Shown here in pieces: positions 17,735 to 25,574 of a DNA stretch of 35,841 nucleotides (its first letter is position 1; each line of letters begins with the position of its first letter). The stretch spans positions 1-35,841 of IMG/VR virus record IMGVR_UViG_3300017565_000034. The stretch is one strand, 5' to 3'. The notes below the pieces were generated by a model, which made no database searches, was not told the origin of the DNA, and saw only the letters and a list, made by a program, of their open reading frames with translations. The DNA is from a virus (Duplodnaviria > Caudoviricetes). The translations under genes and the position numbers were made by a program.

Positions 17735-18423
17735 CCCGCGTGGAACCTCCCGTTGCGCCGGGCGGTCGGCAGGCGGTCGTATGCCAGGGCCGCGTGCTTG
17801 GCGCAGTAGGCGCCCACGCTGGCGGGGCTGCCGCAGACCATGAGGCTGCCGCCGTCGCTGCCCACGGGGAACTTGCAGTCGTTCCGGCGCGTCCGGAGCA
17901 GGGAGACCGAGCCGACCGGGGCATCGGCCAGCTCGGCCTCGGAGGGGAGCGTCACGGGGCCATCAACGTGGCGCTTCTTGAGGAGCTTCAGGGCTCGCTG
18001 CTCCGGCGTGGTGCAGCGCGGGGCGCGCGGCGCCGGGGCAGGCTTCGCGACCTTGGCGTGGACGCCGACCGCGATGAGCCGAGACTTGATCCGGGTCCAG
18101 GACGCGTACCGGTCGTGCTTGTCGAGGAACAGCTTGATGAAGAGGTCCTTGTTCAGCTTCTGGCCGTGGCCCTCGAGGAGCGTGGCGTCGGTCTCCGGGT
18201 TCCAGCGGACCGGCTCCTTGCCCATGGCCATGCGCTCGAGCGACACGGGGCGGGTGGGGCCGATGCCCATGCGGAAGACGAGGCCGCTGATGGCGTTCCG
18301 CGTCTTCTCCTCGCCGGCCTCCTTGAGGAGGATGTCCGATATGGCCGAGTAGGGCGTGCCCGCCTCGACCTCGCGGCGGACGATGGCCACTGCCTCGTCG
18401 GACCAGTTGTTGCCGACTCTCAC
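17728..18423 (-). CDS. gcrA: GcrA-family cell-cycle regulator homologue
   Basis: N-terminal WSDEAV...G...S.I....TRNAISG...RMG and C-terminal CKFPVG...CG......YCAKHAALAY signatures of GcrA. Confidence 0.88.
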   Translation of the reverse strand: MRVGNNWSDEAVAIVRREVEAGTPYSAISDILLKEAGEEKTRNAISGLVFRMGIGPTRPVSLERMAMGKEPVRWNPETDATLLEGHGQKLNKDLFIKLFLDKHDRYASWTRIKSRLIAVGVHAKVAKPAPAPRAPRCTTPEQRALKLLKKRHVDGPVTLPSEAELADAPVGSVSLLRTRRNDCKFPVGSDGGSLMVCGSPASVGAYCAKHAALAYDRLPTARRNGRFHAGC

Positions 18424-19040
18424 GCCCGGCTCTCCTTGACGTAGTTGGCCGAGACGTCGAGCGTCTTGGGGATCGGGAGCCCCCGCTCCTGGAAGCGGCG
18501 AAGGACGTCGTCGCGGGTCTCGTACACGACCACGGTGGGCTTGGGGTCGTTGTTCGAGGACTTGGGCAGGGCGACCGTCAGCGGCAGGAGGCGCTCGAGG
18601 AGGCGGGTGAAGAGCTCGGGCTTCTTCCAGGCGAGGAAGTAGAAGTACCCCTCGACGCCGCCCTCGCCCTCGCCGTCCTTGCCCGCCAGCTCCATCCCTC
18701 GGAACATGGCCTCCTTCAGCTCGTAGGACGCGGCGTTCTTGGACCCCGACGGCCGGCCCGCTCCGGGGAGCGTGGGACCGCCCTTGACGAGGGCCGGGTT
18801 GCCCGTCTTCCGGCCGACCCGCTCCTTGTTGCCGGCCACGCCATCTCGCGGAGCCGTCCCGGAGCTCTGGCCAATCTTCTTCCCAGGGAACCGCTCGGCC
18901 CGGGTCGTGCGCATCTTCATGGGGAGCTTCGACACGTCCACGTCGTCAGGCAGCTTGCCCTCCGCGCCGATCTTGTCGACGAGGGCCTCCGCCTTCTTGT
19001 CCTTCCGGGGATCGTAGTTTGTGTCCTTGGAACGCGCCAT
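18420..19040 (-). CDS. terS: Terminase small subunit
   Basis: 206 aa; GRPSGSKN...LKEA...GGVEGY......P..F..LL.RLLP pattern; first gene of the packaging/head operon. Confidence 0.72.
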   Translation of the reverse strand: MARSKDTNYDPRKDKKAEALVDKIGAEGKLPDDVDVSKLPMKMRTTRAERFPGKKIGQSSGTAPRDGVAGNKERVGRKTGNPALVKGGPTLPGAGRPSGSKNAASYELKEAMFRGMELAGKDGEGEGGVEGYFYFLAWKKPELFTRLLERLLPLTVALPKSSNNDPKPTVVVYETRDDVLRRFQERGLPIPKTLDVSANYVKESRA

Positions 19041-19143
19041 CTGAAACTCTCCCGCCTGACCACTGCTCCGCAGACTGAGTGGGGAAGGATCAAGTCGGCC
19101 AGGAAAGGGACCAGGAGGACCTGGTGCGTTTTACCCTTTGACC

Positions 19144-19647
19144 TCAGGCCGCCTGTCCCGCAGCTGCTAGGCCACCGTCGCGCAGGCGAACGCGGACGGA
19201 CCGGCCGAACATGCTGACGAGAGCTGACGCGCTCCCGCTACCCCCACCGTCGCAGGTGCCGACCATGCCGGCCAGCGGGCCGGCCTCGAACAGCACCTTG
19301 TCTCCCTTCCGAAGGATCTTCGTCGCCTCCGTCCGGGGGACGTAGCCCTTGACCTCGCTCTTCCGGATGCGGTCGATCTCCGCGTCGCGCGCCAGGGCTG
19401 GGCGCAGGCGGACGTCGTCCGACAGCATCAGGATGCTGACCTCCCTCACGTCGAAGACCTCGCGCCACCGATCGGTCATGGCCACGAAGAAGTACTGGCC
19501 GAAGAGGGAAGCCTCTCGCCAGATCTTGCGGCCGCGGTGGACCACTCGGGTTCGGGTTATGGGGAGGTAGCAGCTGTGCCCCTCGTCGGCGACAGCGTCC
19601 CGGGCTCCGAAGGGGCTACCGTGTGCAGTGGCAACCATCCAGGCCAT
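19144..19647 (-). CDS. nusG: NusG-family transcription antiterminator (NGN + KOW), probable late-gene activator
   Basis: 167 aa; W.VA, YLP, LF.QYFFV in the NGN domain; KOW motif GDKV....GPLAGMVG; C-terminal MFGR.V.V; directly upstream of terS. Confidence 0.85.
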   Translation of the reverse strand: MAWMVATAHGSPFGARDAVADEGHSCYLPITRTRVVHRGRKIWREASLFGQYFFVAMTDRWREVFDVREVSILMLSDDVRLRPALARDAEIDRIRKSEVKGYVPRTEATKILRKGDKVLFEAGPLAGMVGTCDGGGSGSASALVSMFGRSVRVRLRDGGLAAAGQAA

Positions 19648-19685
19648 CGGTCGAAGAGCTCCGCAAGAAGAGGGGTCTTCCTGCG

Positions 19686-19714
19686 CCAGTACCTCTAATC
19701 TGTTGAGATGTAAA
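19686..19714 (-). promoter_or_regulatory. Possible sigma70-type promoter for the nusG-like gene
   Basis: Minus strand TTTACA-N17-TACTGG in an AT-richer intergenic gap. Confidence 0.4.
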
Positions 19715-19752
19715 TCTCCGGGACCCCGGGATGGCCCCAGGAAGCTGAAAAA

Positions 19753-19992
19753 TCAGCGCTTCCTGGCCTTTCTGGGGGTCCGGAGGTCCTGGATGGCCCC
19801 CTCGGCACCCACCACCTCGATCTTCAGCCCCCGGTCCCGGTAGAGCCCCATGAGGCTGGCGAAGGACCGGGCCTGCTTCTCGTCGTCGAAGATCCGGACC
19901 CGTCCATCGGGGTCCCGGGTCATGCCCGCCCCATCGTAGAGCTCAGGGCAGCCATCCTCCATCCAGACGCGGATCACCCATCCCTTGTCCAT
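19753..19992 (-). CDS. Hypothetical protein (79 aa, MDKGWVIRVW...)
   Basis: Start trimmed to the ATG overlapping the upstream stop (TGATG); GGAG upstream. Confidence 0.6.
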   Translation of the reverse strand: MDKGWVIRVWMEDGCPELYDGAGMTRDPDGRVRIFDDEKQARSFASLMGLYRDRGLKIEVVGAEGAIQDLRTPRKARKR

Positions 19993-20225
19993 CAGAAGTC
20001 TCCCCGGCGTTCGACGCGCTCGTCTCGCTCGTCCCGCGTCAGGGGCGCGTCCGCGCTCGCGGACACGGCCACGGCCGCGAGGACGCACGCGGCCACGAAG
20101 GGGATCATGCTCCAAGTCGCCGCGGCCAGGATGGCCGCGACCACAGCACCCACGGCCGCCGCGACCATCCGCGACTCCGGATCTCGGATCATCTTCATCA
20201 CGTCTACCTCCATCGTCCTCGTCAC
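19992..20225 (-). CDS. Small membrane protein with two hydrophobic helices
   Basis: MVAAAVGAVVAAILAAATWSMIPFVAACVLAAVAVSA followed by a charged tail; GTGA overlap with the upstream stop. Confidence 0.6.
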   Translation of the reverse strand: MTRTMEVDVMKMIRDPESRMVAAAVGAVVAAILAAATWSMIPFVAACVLAAVAVSASADAPLTRDERDERVERRGDF

Positions 20226-20446
20226 GCCTTCCTCGGCGACGGCGGCGGCGGGCTGGCCGGGCCGTCCTCCCTCTGGTTGTCCTGCTCGACAGTCAGGTGC
20301 TCGACGCGGGCGTCGACCCACCGGCTCTCGTACTCGCCATATCCCGTCCTGTCGAGGACCATCTCCCGGACCTCGACCTGGAGGACGAGGACCGGGCTCC
20401 TGAGGAACCTCTTCAGGACCCGGTATCGCTTGCGGCCCGTCATCAT
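20222..20446 (-). CDS. Hypothetical protein (74 aa, MMTGRKRYR...LVLQVEV)
   Basis: Start trimmed to the ATG 2 nt after the upstream stop; tight packing. Confidence 0.6.
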   Translation of the reverse strand: MMTGRKRYRVLKRFLRSPVLVLQVEVREMVLDRTGYGEYESRWVDARVEHLTVEQDNQREDGPASPPPPSPRKA

Positions 20447-20448
20447 CG

Positions 20449-20670
20449 TCAGTCGCTCCCGATGATGTCGGTGGGGACGGTCACGACGGGCAGGCCGTGG
20501 CGGGCGCGCCAGTCGTGGACCATCTGGTCGGCGATGGATCGGTAGTACCGGACGGAGTTCTTCAGGAGGCAGAGCTCCTTGGAGCCCGTGCGGCGGACGA
20601 TCAGCTTCCACATGACGTCGCGGCGGACCTCGCCCGTGGACTGGTCGATGATGTCGTGGATGGTCAGCAT
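20449..20670 (-). CDS. Hypothetical protein (73 aa, MLTIHDII...)
   Basis: ATG with GGAG RBS, downstream of the repeated promoter motif. Confidence 0.6.
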   Translation of the reverse strand: MLTIHDIIDQSTGEVRRDVMWKLIVRRTGSKELCLLKNSVRYYRSIADQMVHDWRARHGLPVVTVPTDIIGSD

Positions 20671-20698
20671 GGTCGTGCTCCGTTGTTCAGGTGGGGAC

Positions 20699-20730
20699 AC
20701 CCTACACCAGAACTGTCAACGAGTGGTCAA
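20699..20730 (-). promoter_or_regulatory. Repeated phage promoter motif, copy 1
   Basis: Minus strand TTGA-ccactcg-TTGA-cagttctggtg-TAGGGT. Confidence 0.7.
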
Positions 20731-20741
20731 TCCTTGCGGGA

Positions 20742-21002
20742 TCAGCGACCCCAGAAGGCGCTCTGGCGGCCGAGCTCGATCGCCATCATCCGCTCGACCT
20801 CGGCCAGGCGCTCCTCCTCGGAGGGCAGCTCCTCGCGGCAGATCATCTCGACCGACCGGACGTCGACCTGCCAGATGCGGGTCGAGGTGCCCGGGACCTG
20901 GACGCGGTAGGCGCGGCCGACCTGGACGCCGTCAGAGAAGAGCTCGACCTTGCGGCAGTGGCCGAAGCGGTCGGTGGTGCGGACGGTGCGAAGCTCATTC
21001 AT
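20742..21002 (-). CDS. Hypothetical protein (86 aa, MNELRTVRT...)
   Basis: AAGGAG RBS upstream of the ATG at 21002. Confidence 0.65.
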   Translation of the reverse strand: MNELRTVRTTDRFGHCRKVELFSDGVQVGRAYRVQVPGTSTRIWQVDVRSVEMICREELPSEEERLAEVERMMAIELGRQSAFWGR

Positions 21003-21030
21003 GGTGGGATCTCCTTGTGCCAACAGGGAG

Positions 21031-21062
21031 ACCCTACCCGAAGACTGTCAACGATCCGTCAA
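21031..21062 (-). promoter_or_regulatory. Repeated phage promoter motif, copy 2
   Basis: Minus strand TTGA-cggatcg-TTGA-cagtcttcggg-TAGGGT. Confidence 0.72.
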
Positions 21063-21332
21063 CGAGAGCTGAAGAACCTTCAGGGCTGCGTCGTAGTGCT
21101 CGAGGACCTGGTCGTTGGTCAGGTCAGCGTCGTCGCTGGTGACCTCGAGGCCCGCGGGAATGGCCGCCCGGGTGACCTTGGCCCAGTCGCGGGTGCAGCC
21201 CGGCAGGCCCCGGGCCGTCGCATACATCAGGGCGATCGGGTTGTCGAGGAAGTAGACGCCGTCGCAGTAGGCGTAGCAGAGGACGTCGTCCGGGCTGACG
21301 GTGTTCTCGGCGAACTTGGATAGGTCGATCAT
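21048..21332 (-). CDS. Hypothetical protein (94 aa)
   Basis: AGGAG RBS; the stop codon falls inside promoter motif copy 2. Confidence 0.65.
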   Translation of the reverse strand: MIDLSKFAENTVSPDDVLCYAYCDGVYFLDNPIALMYATARGLPGCTRDWAKVTRAAIPAGLEVTSDDADLTNDQVLEHYDAALKVLQLSLTDR

Positions 21333-21358
21333 GGGTCGTGCTCCTGTGAAGATCTTCC

Positions 21359-21390
21359 ACCCTACCCGAAGACTGTCAACGAACCTTCAA
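21359..21390 (-). promoter_or_regulatory. Repeated phage promoter motif, copy 3
   Basis: Minus strand TTGA-aggttcg-TTGA-cagtcttcggg-TAGGGT. Confidence 0.72.
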
Positions 21391-21816
21391 CGACTCCAGG
21401 ACCTCCGCAGACAGCTCCGTCCGCCGAACCTCCCACTGGTCGCCGTCCCGCCGCAGCTCCGCGAGGCCGCGCCTGCCCAGGGCAGCGACCGGCGCCCGGG
21501 GACCGACGTGCCTCCCCCACTCGAGGGGGATGGACACCAGCAGCTCGGCCTCCTCGGGCGTGATGGTCGGCATCTCGGCGAGGCCGGCGACCGCCTCCTC
21601 GAGCGTCGGGTACGCCCGCGCCCCATCCACGACGAAGGTCCTCGTCCCCTGCCGGGTCGCCCGGACGTACTTGTCCAAGATCTGCAGCCGCGGCTCGTCG
21701 ACGCAGGCGTGGCCGTAGCCGAACCACTCGGAGCCGCCGTTGTAGTGGGAGGAGTTGCTGAGCCATCGCCACTGGCGGGCCTCCTCCACCGTGGGCTTCC
21801 TCATCGCTTCCCCCAC
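21376..21816 (-). CDS. Hypothetical protein (about 146 aa)
   Basis: Protein-like composition and tight packing; the start may instead be the internal ATG of MRKPTVEE. Confidence 0.6.
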   Translation of the reverse strand: MGEAMRKPTVEEARQWRWLSNSSHYNGGSEWFGYGHACVDEPRLQILDKYVRATRQGTRTFVVDGARAYPTLEEAVAGLAEMPTITPEEAELLVSIPLEWGRHVGPRAPVAALGRRGLAELRRDGDQWEVRRTELSAEVLESLKVR

Positions 21817-22175
21817 TTCTCATCCCACCACTTTCGCAGGACCAGCATCTGGTCGGCCGTGCAGACGATGCTGTCCTGCACGACCTCGCAGCCAATGTCC
21901 TGCGCGTGCTGGATCACGCCCGCCACGGCCTCGGCAGCCATGGCCTGCTGGCTGAGCCGGTGGTGCATCGGCGTCCGGTCGGGGCGAGTCTCCAGGACCT
22001 GGAGCATGGCGTGGTGGCCGATGCTGCGGAAGATGCCCGCCCAGATGTCCGGGTCCTCGATGCCGAGCTGGTCATCCCGGAAGCCCCTGCGATCCGCCAG
22101 GGCTGCCTCGTAGATCTTGCGCCCGACGGTCCGGGCCCGGGTCTCTGGCAAGCTGCTGCCGTCGTCGTAGCTCAT
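21801..22175 (-). CDS. Hypothetical protein (124 aa, MSYDDGSS...)
   Basis: ATGA overlap with the upstream stop; GGAGG RBS. Confidence 0.6.
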   Translation of the reverse strand: MSYDDGSSLPETRARTVGRKIYEAALADRRGFRDDQLGIEDPDIWAGIFRSIGHHAMLQVLETRPDRTPMHHRLSQQAMAAEAVAGVIQHAQDIGCEVVQDSIVCTADQMLVLRKWWDEKWGKR

Positions 22176-22450
22176 GCCGATGCCTCCCTGGCGTCGTCGC
22201 GGTCGTCCCGCCGGACCCACATGTCCTGGATGCGGACCCGGTGGAGCCGGACTGACTCGTCGGCCATGCGGGCGAAGATCCCGCCGATGACCTCGTCCGT
22301 GGCGGACGGGCTGACCGTCACCTTCCGCTCCTCCCGGAGCCACGCGGCCATGGCCCCCTCCGCCGTCTCGCTGACGGTCCGGACCAGGATCTTCCCGTCC
22401 TCGACCACCGCGTAGCCCTGCTCGCTCTTCGCTGCCGTCCTCTCGCTCAT
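22172..22450 (-). CDS. Hypothetical protein (92 aa)
   Basis: ATGA overlap; AGGAG RBS. Confidence 0.6.
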   Translation of the reverse strand: MSERTAAKSEQGYAVVEDGKILVRTVSETAEGAMAAWLREERKVTVSPSATDEVIGGIFARMADESVRLHRVRIQDMWVRRDDRDDAREASA

Positions 22451-22968
22451 CTCGCTCTCCTCTTCTGGTCACTCAGGATCTGCTTCAGCTTCGCCGTGGC
22501 GAAGATCGTCTGCCTCAGCTCCGGCGGCGCGCTGAAGAACGCCGTCTGCCTCAGCCGGTTCATCATGGCGTTGGTCAGCATGAGCCAGTTGAGGGGGTCG
22601 AAGTCGAACTTGTCGCCGTTGATCGGGACCAGGTAGGACCCCGGCGGGATCGGGCCGACGATCTCCTCCCACACGACCCGCTGCATCTGGGTGTACCTGC
22701 GCGGAGTGTCCGTCGCCACCTCGAGGCAGCCGTCGTGGATGTAGCTCCTGCTGCCCACGTTAGCCGGGGGCCGGGGCGGGGGCCACTTGCTCCGCCTCTG
22801 GTACTTCGACCGGCGGCGGTTCTCCACCTGCTTCTCTGTGACGTCCGTCCGGCCGAACCGCTCGACGAAGGCGGCGTGGAGCTCCCTGTTCCTCATGGTC
22901 CCGTTCCGGACCCGGATGAACTCGACCTCCTCGTCGTTGAAGACCCTCGGGTGGCCGCCCCGCCTCAC
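22447..22968 (-). CDS. HNH-like endonuclease (HNH_3-type) with N-terminal HTH, degenerate active site
   Basis: GTGA overlap start; FNDEEVEFIR...F.ERFGR HTH, then RVVWEE..GPIPPG......GDK......N..ML. Confidence 0.65.
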   Translation of the reverse strand: MRRGGHPRVFNDEEVEFIRVRNGTMRNRELHAAFVERFGRTDVTEKQVENRRRSKYQRRSKWPPPRPPANVGSRSYIHDGCLEVATDTPRRYTQMQRVVWEEIVGPIPPGSYLVPINGDKFDFDPLNWLMLTNAMMNRLRQTAFFSAPPELRQTIFATAKLKQILSDQKRRAR

Positions 22969-23252
22969 TTGTCGACGACCTTCAGCGCTCGGCCGGCGAC
23001 GACCTTCGGCTGCTCCACGTCGATGAACCGCTTCAGCATGCCGGTGGGGTCCCGGCCGTCGTGGTCGTGGATGATCTTCGCTGCCTGGATCTGCAGGGCC
23101 GCGTTCCGGATGGTCTGGTCCGCCAGGACGGCGAGCGCCATGGACCGGCGCGTCTCTCGCTCGATCTTCACGGGGTCCGCGCCCTCCTCGCACAGCCGCT
23201 CTATCTGAGCGAACAGGTGGTCGTTCAGGTTGTCCAGCTTGTTCTTCGTCAC
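22965..23252 (-). CDS. Conserved phage protein usually paired with the downstream HNH gene
   Basis: 95 aa; KNKLDNLNDHLFAQIERL...E.RRS.A...LA..TI.NA.LQ..A.K signature. Confidence 0.7.
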   Translation of the reverse strand: MTKNKLDNLNDHLFAQIERLCEEGADPVKIERETRRSMALAVLADQTIRNAALQIQAAKIIHDHDGRDPTGMLKRFIDVEQPKVVAGRALKVVDK

Positions 23253-23273
23253 GTCAAGTCCTCCCTCTGCTGT

Positions 23274-23702
23274 CTACAGGCCCGCCTGCCTGAGGTCCTG
23301 GATCAGCTTCTCCACGTCCGCGAAGAAGGCTTCCCTGTCGATGTGGTAGTCGGACATGCCCCGGTCGAGGTCGGCCAGCCGGGCGGCCTCCCTCGCGGTC
23401 TCGGTGCCCCTCAGCGTGAACGACGCCTTGTGGACGTTGCCCATCCGGAGGGAATTGATCGCCAGCATCTTCTTGTGGAGGTCCAGGGTCATCGTGTCCG
23501 GGACGAACTCCTCCTGGGGATCGACGCCGACGGTCACGGCCAGGACGGCGCCCGCCATGCACACCTCGCACTGCCCCGTGTAGGGGTCGGGGAAGTGCCA
23601 GTCAGACATGTCGACCCGGTACGCGGAGTCTTCCTCCACGGCCCGGAGGTCGCGGGCAGCGAGGGCGAGCAGGTCGCTCATCTTGTCGGGGAGGGCTGCC
23701 AT
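23274..23702 (-). CDS. Hypothetical protein (142 aa) with CxxC motif
   Basis: MAALPDKMSDLL...DMSDWH...CEVCMAGAV; GGAGG RBS. Confidence 0.65.
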   Translation of the reverse strand: MAALPDKMSDLLALAARDLRAVEEDSAYRVDMSDWHFPDPYTGQCEVCMAGAVLAVTVGVDPQEEFVPDTMTLDLHKKMLAINSLRMGNVHKASFTLRGTETAREAARLADLDRGMSDYHIDREAFFADVEKLIQDLRQAGL

Positions 23703-23704
23703 CG

Positions 23705-24211
23705 TCACTTCCCTCCCGCGTCGCCGCTCTTCCAGTCGCGCACGAACACGATGCCGAGGCGGAGGGGGTTGCTCTTGGGGTTGCCATCCGGCTCCCGGAC
23801 GGCGAGGACGTACCGGGTCCGCTCCTTCACGTACAGCTGCTTGCCGACGACCGGGAAGGCTCCCGAGCCGACGTCGCCGCGCATGACCGGCTGGACCAGG
23901 GCCGACGCGTACTCCCACGTGGCGGGGTCCTCGCCATTGCGACAGTCCACCATGTAGTAGAGCGGGTAGTCCAGGCCAGCGCTGCCGACCAGCGGCGGCG
24001 CCGAGCCATCGTCGTCAGCGAACAGCTTCGTGAGCCAGTCGCGGAGGTGCTTGGCCTCGACCTTGCTGAGCACCATGCCCGGCACCTTGTTGTCCTTGAC
24101 CAGGCCGATGCGGACCGTGCTCCAGGTCGACGCCGTCCCGTTCCAGGCTGCGCTGAGGGTCATCGTCCCCTCGATCTCTCCATACACGGTGGTGTCCACC
24201 GAAGTCGCCAT
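23705..24211 (-). CDS. Hypothetical protein (168 aa)
   Basis: GAGGAG RBS; downstream of promoter motif copy 4. Confidence 0.65.
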   Translation of the reverse strand: MATSVDTTVYGEIEGTMTLSAAWNGTASTWSTVRIGLVKDNKVPGMVLSKVEAKHLRDWLTKLFADDDGSAPPLVGSAGLDYPLYYMVDCRNGEDPATWEYASALVQPVMRGDVGSGAFPVVGKQLYVKERTRYVLAVREPDGNPKSNPLRLGIVFVRDWKSGDAGGK

Positions 24212-24244
24212 CTCAGTCTCCTCTTCTCTGCAGGGCCTCAGCCC

Positions 24245-24277
24245 ATCCTACCGCGGAGACTGTTGACAGACCGTCAA
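24245..24277 (-). promoter_or_regulatory. Repeated phage promoter motif, copy 4 (variant)
   Basis: Minus strand TTGA-cggtctg-TCAA-cagtctccgcgg-TAGGAT. Confidence 0.6.
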
Positions 24278-24478
24278 CGCCCCGCAGTCCTCCCGGCTCT
24301 GCCTCACCATTCGGCGGATGCGCGACGCCTCCGTCGACTCGGCGTCCCGGAGGCGGGCGCACCTCGGGCAGAACCTCCTCTTCGATGCCCTGGCCTCCTG
24401 GTCGAACGGGTCGCCGCACTGCTCGCAGGACCGGTCGGCTGGCAGCCGTCCCCTGAAGCGGATGCGGACGCGAGTCAC
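24248..24478 (-). CDS. Small zinc-finger protein (CEQC...FCPRC)
   Basis: GTGA overlap start; two CxxC pairs. Confidence 0.55.
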   Translation of the reverse strand: MTRVRIRFRGRLPADRSCEQCGDPFDQEARASKRRFCPRCARLRDAESTEASRIRRMVRQSREDCGALTVCQQSPR

Positions 24479-24699
24479 GGGACAGTCTCCAGAGCCGACG
24501 TGACGCACTGCTCCAGGTGGTCCTGAGCTGCAGCCTGGGCTGCCTCCAGCGTCCGGTAGCCAACGCCGCCGAACTCGAACGGCTCGTCCCTGCTCCAGCC
24601 GATCCGGACGTAGCGTCTCTCCATGCCGGCGACGCCGACGAAGCCCGAGGTCAGGTCGTCCCGCCGCCAGGTCAACTTCTTCACGACAACCTTGGTCAC
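24475..24699 (-). CDS. Hypothetical protein (74 aa)
   Basis: GTGA overlap; VKKLTW...TLEAAQAAAQ pattern common in small phage proteins. Confidence 0.6.
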   Translation of the reverse strand: MTKVVVKKLTWRRDDLTSGFVGVAGMERRYVRIGWSRDEPFEFGGVGYRTLEAAQAAAQDHLEQCVTSALETVP

Positions 24700-25232
24700 G
24701 CCACCTGCCCCGGCTTCCGGACGAAGGTGAACCGCCCATCGTAGAACTCGACGTGCGGGCGGACCCACAGGCTACCGTCCTTGAGGCTGCGGTAGGCGAC
24801 CACCAGGTCCATGTCGACGCTGCGCATCCCGTCGAACCAGGTCGAGGTCTGGACGTTGGCGTGGCCGACGATCTCGTAGAGGTTGCTGGTCTTGTTGTGG
24901 CGGACGATGGACCGAGGAGGCCAGGGCGCCGGCAGGGCCTCGCTGACGGCAGCGACCTCGTTCGGGAGGAAGGGCTCGGCTGGCTGGTAGTTCCCGGCTG
25001 AGCGGAAGGTCTTAGCTGGCTGAAAGGCCTCGGCCGCCGTCAGGCCCCGGGGGGCGTAGTGGACAGTGGGCTGAGCTCGGTCGCCGAAGCCGTAGAAGCG
25101 GTGCTCGATGCGGGTGACCACGCCGGCCTCTCCTCCGGGCGTCGTCAGCCAGTCTCCGGGGCGGGGCACAGCGTGGGAGTCTACGTCGACGGCGCACGTG
25201 GTGCCGCGCTCGCTCTGCAGGACAATCTTCAC
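24696..25232 (-). CDS. DUF1653-like (SH3-fold) domain protein
   Basis: C-terminal RHNK...YEIVG.A......VVAYRS..DG..WVRP..EF.DGRF; GTGA overlap start. Confidence 0.7.
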   Translation of the reverse strand: MKIVLQSERGTTCAVDVDSHAVPRPGDWLTTPGGEAGVVTRIEHRFYGFGDRAQPTVHYAPRGLTAAEAFQPAKTFRSAGNYQPAEPFLPNEVAAVSEALPAPWPPRSIVRHNKTSNLYEIVGHANVQTSTWFDGMRSVDMDLVVAYRSLKDGSLWVRPHVEFYDGRFTFVRKPGQVA

Positions 25233-25501
25233 TCGTCGTTCTCCTCGTTCGGGAGGGGGATGTAGCCGTCGGCCCTGACCTGCAGGGGGACGGCGGTGAT
25301 GGCCGATGACCGGGCCGACCAGGACCGGCCGGTCAGCGTGGCGTAGAGGTCGTGGAGGGCAGCGCGCGTCGGCGTGGCCACGAGCCACTTGAGCTCCGCG
25401 TCCGGGTAGCTGCGGTGCGGCCGACCCTCCTCGTCCAAGATCTCCTCGACGGTGGCGGGCCGGCCCCGGAGGGCTGCTGCGTACAGGGTTGGTCTGGTCA
25501 T
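25229..25501 (-). CDS. Hypothetical protein (90 aa), first gene after the non-coding block
   Basis: GGGAG RBS; sigma70-like promoter upstream. Confidence 0.55.
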   Translation of the reverse strand: MTRPTLYAAALRGRPATVEEILDEEGRPHRSYPDAELKWLVATPTRAALHDLYATLTGRSWSARSSAITAVPLQVRADGYIPLPNEENDE

Positions 25502-25529
25502 GGTGGTGGGTCTCCCGTGCCTGGGGCCA

Positions 25530-25558
25530 AGGCTACGGCCCGATCAGAAGAGTGTCCA
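25530..25558 (-). promoter_or_regulatory. Sigma70-type promoter heading the small-gene operon
   Basis: Minus strand TGGACA-N17-TAGCCT. Confidence 0.55.
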
Positions 25559-25574
25559 CCCCGAAGAGCGTCGG

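Noticed and set aside
19232-19250. RfaH ops-like site GGGGGTAGCGGG inside the nusG-like gene
   Set aside because: It has mismatches to the ops consensus and is explained by Gly-Gly-Ser-Gly codons.
19992-20225. Holin
   Set aside because: Two hydrophobic helices are present, but no endolysin or spanin is nearby and the gene lies among small accessory genes.
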